A stretch of 64,000 nucleotides of DNA from Magallana gigas (taxonomy: Eukaryota), in assembly GCF_963853765.1 (NCBI RefSeq), contig NC_088859.1, forward strand, positions 4,960,001-5,024,000. The letters run 5' to 3'. Each line of letters opens with the position of its first letter. Within the stretch, counting starts at the first letter, position 1. Shown here piece after piece: positions 54,744-64,000 of this stretch. The notes beneath the pieces were generated by a model. That model searched no databases and was not told the origin of the DNA. It worked only from the letters and a program-made list of their open reading frames with translations. The position numbers were made by a program, and so were the translations under genes.

Positions 54744-55180
54744 TTTTCTCGTTAATTAATTCAACCGCTACCTCAGCGGCTCAGCGGTTCTCGAAAAAAT
54801 AAGACCGGAAGTTCGAAATGGAGACGCGGAGGGAAGTTAACTCGTACGAAGTGTCAGTTTGGGATTGGACTTTTACAGTACTAGTATTCAAACTTAAATA
54901 AATTATTCTCGCATTTGCCTGTTCTGTTGGAACATCTACACAAAATTGAAAAATATGTTTGAAATAAATATTGCAAAAATTATATCTCATATATATGTGT
55001 GAGTTTAAATCTGTACAGATATAGGCAGTTTAGTCAGTCATTGATTCCCAGCATCATTTTAATCCTGAACACACTGTGTAGTGTAGAGAAGGCCCTAAAT
55101 TAAATATTAACAAGTTAAAAAATTTCTTTATTTTTCATTTCAATTTTTTACATACTCCCAAAAAAGTTTGGGGTGCGTTG

Positions 55181-55307
55181 GTACGCACTAAGCATCGGAA
55201 GGGGGAGGAGGCAACTCCATGATAATTCAATTTTTTATATGTCAATTTAAGAAAATTAGTTGCTGCTAGAAACACCCCCCCCCCCCTTCCGATGCTACGT
55301 GCGTGCC
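55181..55307. mobile_element. Very short MITE with ~25-bp TIRs
   Basis: GTACGCACTAAGCATCGGAAGGGGG ... CCCCCTTCCGATGCTACGTGCGTGC. Confidence 0.65.
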
Positions 55308-56807
55308 ATCGGATATGATTTGGCTATTTCTTTTAGCTAACGTACCGATAAACATTAACAGTTATTTAGTTGTTTTAACTTACTTTTTACAATCAATTTA
55401 TCAATTTGTTAAAAGAAAGACTGATGTAAATATAAAAAAAAAACATGCTTTCTTTAGTGATTCATGGGGTTATGAAGGTAGTGATCATTGCCAAAAAAAT
55501 TACAAACCCGCTAACGTTTTTCGCATGTCGCCATCTTCATATCCCACATGAATCACAAAAGAAAGCATTTTATTTTTAAATATCTTCGAAAAACGACGCA
55601 GTTCTTAATACAATAGGTCGAACCTTTCCTACCTACGCACGATTTAAGCTCAAAATTTTAAAATTCTATTTTAGTTTAGTAAACTGAAATAGAATAGAAT
55701 GGAACTGATTTTACCATGTTTAGATATCTAGCATGGATAATATTGGTATATTAACCATGCTTCATCAAAATTTGAAAGTCAAATGTAAACAGAGCTTGAG
55801 TCTTGTTATTGTTTACGCTAGTGTTTTATTAGTATGAGTTTCAATTGAATGTTGTTTAATTTTTTGCTGATAATATTGTTCATGAACACATAGCATCGGT
55901 TTATCTTGTTTGCAAAGAGTCATTTAGTCAAAGAAATGATAGTTCCTTTACTTTATATTATTTGTAAACAAACATAAGACTCGAGCTTTGTTTACATAAT
56001 AATGTTTTCTTTCCTCTGTATCTCGCTTGCAACATGATTTCTAACATTACATTTTTGGTCAATCATTTAAAATGCACAAGTAATGCATTTTAAACATAAA
56101 ATATAGTAATAAAGTTTTGATCTCAAATCGTGTCTAGGTCATGACACTAGGCATGCATAAGCCCTCCCCCCCTAAAAACTAAAAACGAATTAATTAAAAT
56201 TTGAACCCGCAAAGATAACCCTGCCGTTTTTTTTCGGTGGAGTTGTCATGTTGTAAATTAATTTTAAATTTACCGGGTGGCAGTAAATACAAAAATTACA
56301 ACATGACAGAGTATTAAAATTTTTGCAGCTAGGACTCAGAGGAAGATGGCGAGAAAATAAGCGTAGATTAGACATGCATTTATTACAAGGATTAAAAGAT
56401 TTAGTTTGAATCATTTAAATTGCTGTACATGTATTCATAGATTAATTCAATTTTACATGTGAATTATAGATAGAAAGATTTCTTTGGTATTATTTTACCA
56501 TACATATAAACATACATATAGTGTACATTCTATGTTTCAATATTAAATGGTTATAATTTCATAAACAAGGTGTTTGAAAAACATAAATATGACACCAGGA
56601 TAACCTATGAAAGTTCAAAAGCTTGTTTCCAACGTTACTTTTATTATTTAGTTTAGTTTTTACAATATACATGTATAAAATTTGTACAAAATACAGGCAC
56701 TGTGTTAACAATACCATAAACAGTGATATAAACGAATCCTGAGTACGATACATATGATAACATTGATAATATGCATTTGGTAAAGTTATGTACTGTCTTA
56801 TAGTATA

Positions 56808-57173
56808 TAAATAGTGCCTGTTTGGGAGGGTAACAGTTGAAATTGACACCCCGAGAAAACCATTGTCAACCGACGCGAAGCGGAGGTTGACAATGGTTTT
56901 CGAGGGGTGTCAATTTCAACTGTTATCCTCCCAAACAGGCACTATTTATTTTGTTATACTGAATGTCTTTTTTAAAATTTTAAAGAAAATTTTACTGCTT
57001 TTATATAGGAATAACGTGAATTCTACAGCGAACCGTACGCGCATAATTTTCGCGCATGTAATATTTTTTAATGTTACCCGTTGCCAAGTGCGTTGCTAAC
57101 GCTGAGGGTAATAGTAAATATTATTAACTGCGTCTTAACCAATCAGATTTCAGTATTTAACATGAAAGTATAA
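56808..57173. mobile_element. Dispersed ~360-bp repeat with a 141-nt hairpin (copy 2, same orientation as 38635)
   Basis: Near-identical to 38635-38995; stem at 56808-56948. Confidence 0.85.
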
Positions 57174-58116
57174 CAATACAACATATCACTATTTTGAATT
57201 AGTTTACAACAGGTAGCTATATATATTTACATTGTAATGTAATATGATTGAAATTTTTTATCATTTGAATCATTGGATATATGAATTAATTCAATTTTAC
57301 ATGTGATTTCATATCAGCTTGCAAATTATTCTAATATAGACTGACTAAAATTTTTACAATGAATAATTCATTTTTTCAAATTCCATTTTTCTGTGTGACT
57401 AACCAGTCTATTGACAAAAAATCTCACAAATTTACAAGTTTTGTTTTTGATACAGAAGTTTCATTATGAAATTCGACAATACTTAGTCAACTGAGGGATG
57501 AGGTTTCATGAAAGATAAAGAAATTCCGCCCCTTTCGCCTTAATTACTACTATTTTTTTTTAAATCTTTTTTTCAACTGTATTTCACGATTAAATGGGAA
57601 CATATCCATATAAAAAGTATCATTCATGTGCTACTTTGTGTCTCTTTTTAATTTTTAGGTTGTGACACACGTTTTAACTTATTTATTCATATACAATACA
57701 AATACCAAATCATTGTGGTCCAAATTGCCCCGTTCGGAAAAATGAAAACTGACCATACACTTTTTCATATTACCTTTCGCTTTATTGATCCTGTTTTGTT
57801 TGCAAGTGTTGTTATAAATGTGTAAATGCTAAATTGTATTTATTGGTGTGTTGAGGTTTAATCACCATGAAGAAAGGTACTGAAAGCGGTGAAAAATAAG
57901 ATTTTGTTGGCCTTGGATAGTTAACAAAAATCCTTTTGCTCAACGTCCCAGAGAAATCGAAGCCCCGCCCACCATTCTTACCGTAGCTCAGTAAGTACAG
58001 TACGTGGTGTGTAAGTGTAAAGATGGTGACATTAAAAGTGTAATGCTTGGCTTAAAGGACGTGTGATATATTTACGTGACTTTGTGTTATCGTTTTCGAA
58101 AATTTTGCATATATTA

Positions 58117-58117
<1 letters not shown>

Positions 58118-58143
<26 letters not shown>
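58118..58143. repeat. (GA)n microsatellite
   Basis: Direct reading. Confidence 0.9.
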
Positions 58144-58147
<4 letters not shown>

Positions 58148-58907
58148 TTTAAAATGCATCATTTATTGCGTTTTTATATGGAGGCACCCAAATTCAGGTG
58201 CCAAGTTTACCAAGGACCAAGTTAATTTTTTTATGGGTACTGAGTTTACCAGCTGCCAAGTTGACTTGTTCCAAATGTTACATTTCAATAAACTTCTCTT
58301 AATTAAGTTATATTTATTTTCTACTTTGTTTTTCAATTAAATTCTGTGATCTTCGAATGCCTATAAATGCAACAACATATCACTGTGTATGAATTTATAT
58401 GTAATTTACATAAGTTAGTATTTCCCGAACATTGATTTCTATGTTATCAGTTAAAAATATATTTCATACATGTTGTCAAAAGCAAAATTCAAGAGTTGTT
58501 TTTCATGGATTATATTTTCATGCTCATCGATCTCAACTCAACAGTTTATGTGATATTAACCAGTTTAAACCAGTTTTTAAAGCTGTTCTTGCTATTACTA
58601 ATTTATTCCCTCCGTGATCTGCAATTTTTATTGATTTATTTATGTAAATAATTGATTTCATCTGTAAGGGAATGTAAATATAAACATTAAATGATTTATT
58701 GTTGACATCGTCGTGTCAATAACTGCTGTCAGTTGAGCAGACGAATTATCATAACGGAAACCCGCGAAAGCTTGTTATTCAATTTGTCTGTTCACCTGGA
58801 CACGACGTCAAAAATAAATCATTCAGTGCTATAGTAAATACTTACACCAAGGATACTATAATGAAGAACATTTATTATTTTCCTGTGTCTATTTCCAGAC
58901 ACAGATA

Positions 58908-61900
58908 ATGAAAATGCTCAGGAGGAAGAAATGGCTCACAAGACTTTTACAGGTAATTGCAAGCACTGTATTGCGTGAACAGGCTTTAAATTAAATAACA
59001 TATATGTGTAAAGAAATTCTTATTTCATGTACTTAATATATACTTTTTTTGCAAAATGCAATTTTTTGAGAGGCCAAGCATTTGAATGTGCGTTTGTAAC
59101 AGCAGGGGTCCCCCAATTTTATGTGAATTACTGGTTCATCATAATTTCTGCAGAAAGATTCACTGTGCATCTGGATTCATCAAAGTCAAGAAATTAGTTT
59201 ATTAACAGTGACAGTAAGCTGAAAATGGTTAAACAATTTTTTTAATGTACATGTGCAAATTGTATTTATATACAATTTAAACTCAGGTTATTGGTATGTG
59301 TACCTAAAAACATATTGTAGCCTCACACCCATAAACACATACTTTCAAATGCTTAACCTAGTATTGCATTATTGACCACTGGATTTGTTTGTCTCATACA
59401 TGTACTCGTATCTCCGAATGCTTCTTGTCATTAAATGATTGGCTGGTGTAGGTTTAAGACAATCTGAAGTGGGAAAAAAGCATATAAGAATCTCTTAATG
59501 AAGAACAAGGAGGCAACATTTTGTAAAATAAATTTGGATGCAAGTTAGTAGAGAAAAGTTTTAAACTACAGGTAAATTTTACCATCATCCATTGGTCTTG
59601 GGAAGTCCAAAATATAACAAAGAATCATACAAAGTTTATCTTAAAAGTGCCATTTTCAAGCTTATGAATCTATATGCATTTTGTTGTGATTATACAGTAT
59701 TATATAATCCAGCATGTAGGTCACAGCTAGGCATTGTTTCAGGGGTGAAGCATGTGGCCACCTCTTGTTGATATTGGTGGTGACTTTTGTTTTTTGTCCA
59801 TACAGAGTGGTGTGCTGTTAATCTTGGTGGTGACTGCTATTATAAATATTTCATTCATAATGAACAGGCATGAGAGGAAAGATGGTTACAGAGGTGAGTC
59901 CATTACAGTCAACTTACTGATGACACAGGAAGTGTGTGTAGTTAAGGTCAAGATCTAGGGTGCTTTCCATTTAACCGGCATCGCCGGATTTGATGGTGTT
60001 GCCTTCGTCGCTGATTGCTGGAACGCGCGTCGCCGGCGAGCGATTTTGGCAACGCTATATACCATTGCCAACTAGGAAACAATATGGCATTGAGGTTATC
60101 ATATTCTACAAAATCAGCATTTCCAAAACTAAAAGTTGTCCTACTACATTGAAATACATTAAAACTACAAATAGCCAAAATTTCTGGATCAAATTTTAAG
60201 ATAAGTATCAGTTTTAAGCTGCAATCGTCATCGTTGGATCATTGTGACGTTGTCAACCATTCCATTAACGTCACCGTTTCCCAATAACGTCGCCGGCGAG
60301 GCAACGTTAATGGAAAGCACCCCTAGTAAATGATTCAAAACTGTCTTTTTGGTGCTAGAACCATTATGACGTCATAATTGATTTGATGAATCTTTTCCTG
60401 TATTTTACAACTTTAAAGGAATTATGTAGAAAATAAAACAATATTTTGACATTTATATATTTAATCATGGGAAAAGTAATCCCGGTTCCTATATTCAATT
60501 TGACATCATTTAAAAGAGGATGTCAAAGGCTTGTTTAATGCCGTTTTTTGAGAGACTGTAGGCATTCTAAATATATTTAATTAGTCAAAAATGGACAAAA
60601 CTCCAATAAATTTGTTCCTCAATTCCTTCATATTTCATTAAAAATGACAGTTTAAAACATGGATTTTCACTGTGTTTATCAAAAATTTAAGCCCCGTACA
60701 CCCTATGAAACAAAGATTTTGTTATGAAGCATCATTGACAGAATTTATATCTTGAATTTCATAAACCAGTAGGCACTTTTCTTTTACTAGATCTTGACCT
60801 TAAGCATGTTCAACAGGTTAATTTATTAGATACATTTTTAGATTACGATATCGCACCTTTAATGTGACGATGATTGACATCGAATATTTTGACACTTATT
60901 GTTTAACAATTGACCACTGCAGTGAAAGCACCCTTCCAAGTATTACTCAATTATATCTTCATGTCGTTTTACAGTATATTGTAATGAAGTGAATAGTTTT
61001 GAATGTGTTCCTCTGTGTACTTATATATCACACATTCTTTATTTCCTGTTTAGAGAGTAAAACAAGGGAGGACTCGGTACCTGAGGGGGACGGGCCTCCC
61101 ACACAGCTATCCCTGGGGGTCACCTCTAGCAAGTCCCTGGTCTACGTCACCGTCAACGGACAAACGGTGGGCACAGATCATCTGATTCTTTTTACATTCA
61201 TTGTACAATTCAAAAAGAAGAATACTCTAGTATTTAGTTTATGTTGTGTACTCTTTCTTGATAAAGATCGAACAAAGATAAAAGTCTGCCTTTTTGTTAT
61301 CTTCAGGTTTATCAAGATGATGATTTTGATGTCAACAGGGGAATCCATTTACTTGTCCTGAACCAGGCTACTGTAAGTTCTTATACATCTAATAAAGGAA
61401 GCAGTTGTTTAAGAGAAAAATCTTTCTTTCATTAAAATCAGGAATTTTATGAAACAAATAACATGATTACATATATCTTGAGAAATTTGAAAAATTGATT
61501 AGAGAACATATACAATGGCGGTATGAAATGTTTTCTTTTTCACCCACATAGTGCGACTGTCATTGACATCACAATAATTGCTAATGGTATGCCTAAGATA
61601 CTTGATTATATAAACAATGTTCTCTCTGTAACAAGTACAAGTACACTTGATGTCCATTAGGAAAACATCTCTTTATGTTGCCATATTATGTCTTTTAGAA
61701 ATAAGGAAATCATTGATTTTAAATTATATGTTGCCATGGCTACAGGGCAAGGTGATGGCCAAGCAGGTGTTTGACACTTACAGCTCTGGGGAAGACCAAG
61801 CCATGCTGGACTTCATTGACAGAATCTCCAAAAACCGCATTCTTGTCTTCACGATCAAAGTAAGATCACTTTAATGGGAAAAGTCTCAATAAGATACCGT

Positions 61901-63629
61901 AGGTTCAAGGAAAAGTCTCAAACAAACAAAAAATATACCACTGGGGAAAGTCTCAATACATAATAAGATTTAACTGGTCTTAGGGAAAGTCTCAAACTAC
62001 AAAATAAAAAATTGTAGTAATCTTTTCTTTAATTGATCTGTGTTTTGACTTTTCTTTAATTGATCATTGTTTTCACTTTTAACCAACTAATCTGTGTTTT
62101 TTCTCCCCAGGATGAGGGTTCCTTTCAGCTGAAGCCTGAGGCCCGGTCAGCTCTGAGGGGTATGGGGAGTGTGACGGGGGAGAAACTGGCATTCCGAGAC
62201 ATGTGGATATTTATCTGTTACAAAGGGGGTAAGGAGCATAGTCTCTCAGAGGTGACCTTCGAAGAAACAGAATGGATTAGGATATTTATTCATTCAAAAT
62301 ATTTTAAATGCATTCTTTTGCTTCAAGGATGAAGACGTGAAGCAATTTGAATGTTCAGAATTTTTTGTGGTCTAAGAAATGTTGAGAAATTTTTTTAGTT
62401 ATAAAATGCAACTTATACCACTGTAAGACGTGGAGTTGATGAATTAGCAAGTATATGTATTGCATGATATGCATATCAATGTTGGTTTGAAACAAATTGG
62501 AGCAAATTGCTTCTGCTGATACTGTGGAATCATCATTGTTCGTAGGGGACCAATGTTTGTGGCTTTCATGGTTAACTCTTTCCCATGAATTTACATCGCA
62601 AAAAACATAATGATATATAAAAGCATTTGTTTGATAATTATTAAAATTATTCGGAATTGCCACCAACTAAATTACATCCCTTTGAACCAGAAAAATTCAG
62701 TTAGCCATGAACATTGACCCCTATGAATAGAAATGATTTCACTGTACTGCTTAGAGATGTTCAAATTCAAGAAAGGCAGAACATTTGTTAGATATTGATT
62801 TGATGTAGAAAGAATGATTGACAATTTCTATATGGTGTGTTTTGATGTTTGTAGGTCAAGTTGTCAGTGAGCGACACAGTAAAGCCAACAAGATGGGGAA
62901 TTGGGGCAAGAGAATCACGGTGGAGGAGGTCCTTAAACCGGTGCCCCTGCAAGGTAAGGACAGAATGATTTTTTTTATTTGTAGGAGGCTGGATGGTCAA
63001 CAAATTAACCATCAAATTTTCCTTCAATTTTCAGAAATGAGTTGTTTGGTTATTAACTATTATATAGTATAGAAATATTCCAAATATTTTAGGTTTGAAA
63101 ACTTGAATATGTGATATATTTTTATACAGAGCTCTTCTTATTAGGAGATTATATTAGTTTGAAAATGGCCACGACCATCCAGCCATCTTAATGTTAAGGT
63201 GTTATGCAGCATCAGTGGTAACGCTCCACCAGCCATGGTCACTCAGTTAGGATTGTTATTGAATGCTTATTAAGTGTATTTGGTTAATCAATCCTGTAGC
63301 AAGGCACACACTAAGTTAAAATAATATAACTGTTTTGGTTACTGAAGCATTCCAAGATATAAGGTACAACCTGTTGATATTAAAAATAAATGTAAACATT
63401 TCAACCAATCAGAGCTTAACATTTTAAAAACTAAATGGACTGGTGTTTTCTATGATATATATCGACATATAATGGATACCATTTGATTTACGTTTTATAT
63501 GATACAGATTCTAAGTGTCCTTGGTCTACCAGTGACAGTAAGCGACAGGAGTTCTGTGATAAGGTCGAGGGGTACAGCCGAGTGTGTGACTGTGACAGCC
63601 CCGCCCCGCTCACATTCAATCCACCTAAG
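58908..63629 (+). CDS. POMGNT1: Protein O-linked-mannose beta-1,2-N-acetylglucosaminyltransferase 1, 5' part (first 8 coding exons; gene continues beyond the window)
   Basis: Exons 58908-58952, 59806-59893 (TM anchor [14 protein letters not shown]), 61054-61166, 61307-61372 ([12 protein letters not shown]), 61746-61859 ([17 protein letters not shown]), 62111-62228 (DEGSF.LK...FRDMW), 62855-62953 and 63508-63629 ([17 protein letters not shown]). These are the stem/lectin-domain motifs of POMGNT1. Confidence 0.93.
59958..60323. mobile_element. MITE with GGGTGCTTTCCATT TIRs (possibly PIF/Harbinger-like)
   Basis: CTA|GGGTGCTTTCCATTTAAC ... GTTAATGGAAAGCACCC(C)|TAG. Internal CGTCGCCGGCGAG occurs twice. 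The superfamily call is tentative. Confidence 0.7.
61876..61995 (+). repeat. Four GG(G)AA(A)AGTCTCAA motifs separated by dissimilar ~20-27-nt spacers
   Basis: Motifs start at ~61876, 61909, 61943 and 61983, in POMGNT1 intron 5. Confidence 0.75.
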
Positions 63630-64000
63630 GTAGGAAATATCACATTAGTCATCAGCAGTTAAAAAAAGATTAATATGGAAAAGTTTAGGAAAATATATCA
63701 AGGCCACACCAATTTGTAAAATAATTCTTCAGATTTTCAATATAAATAATTTGGGAAGAAAATAATAAGGTGAGCTAAAACTAGTAATATTTAAATAAAT
63801 ATTTGAATTAAGTGTGATTTCAAAAAGTATTAAAGCTCAAAGAATTGCATAAGGGTGTATCGACTTCTATCACCCCATATCAAAGTCCAAAGTTATAGAA
63901 AAGTTCCAAGAAGAGCTAGATTTGTCAACTGGGGCGTTTGTATCATATTGCATGAGAGTGGGAATCTCGCATTATATTTACAACCTCTTTATATAAACAG

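Noticed and set aside
55400-56150. One or two further Kolobok-like elements
   Set aside because: Only one TIR-like end (TTTGATCTCAAATCGTGTCTA) and internal GTAAACA motifs are visible, so boundaries cannot be supported.
61876-61995. CRISPR array
   Set aside because: The context is a eukaryotic intron, the repeats are only ~13 bp and not palindromic, and there are no cas genes.

Overview
AT-rich, intron-containing animal DNA, most likely an oyster (Crassostrea/Magallana), inferred from a ~166-167-bp satellite resembling Cg170/HindIII and from the repeat families present. I rebuilt nine multi-exon genes by hand from splice sites, reading phase and recognisable protein motifs. Left to right they are LEPROT/LEPROTL1-like (+), BABAM1/MERIT40 (-), membralin TMEM259 (+), hillarin-like LIM + transglutaminase-like protein (-), GPR157-like 7TM receptor (+), PIF1 helicase (-), TTC33 (+), TMEM38/TRIC channel (-) and the 5' part of POMGNT1 (+). 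The nine genes alternate strand perfectly. Introns and intergenic DNA carry many non-autonomous DNA elements (MULE-like, EnSpm-like, Kolobok-like, pogo-like, Helentron/HINE), tRNA-derived fragments and mini/microsatellites, and there is one 128-N gap. I did not find a clearly new multi-gene system. The most interesting signals are: a 78-bp tandem repeat that copies a membralin splice acceptor and creates potential in-frame 45-nt cassette exons; a TTAA-bounded MITE carrying a tRNA-type Pol III promoter; a 2.55-kb TIR element with promoter- and splice-like cargo antisense to BABAM1; a probable LIM-less hillarin isoform; and a frame inconsistency at LEPROT exon 1/2. Gene names come from remembered homology, not a database search. 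Most ORFs in the supplied track are spurious.
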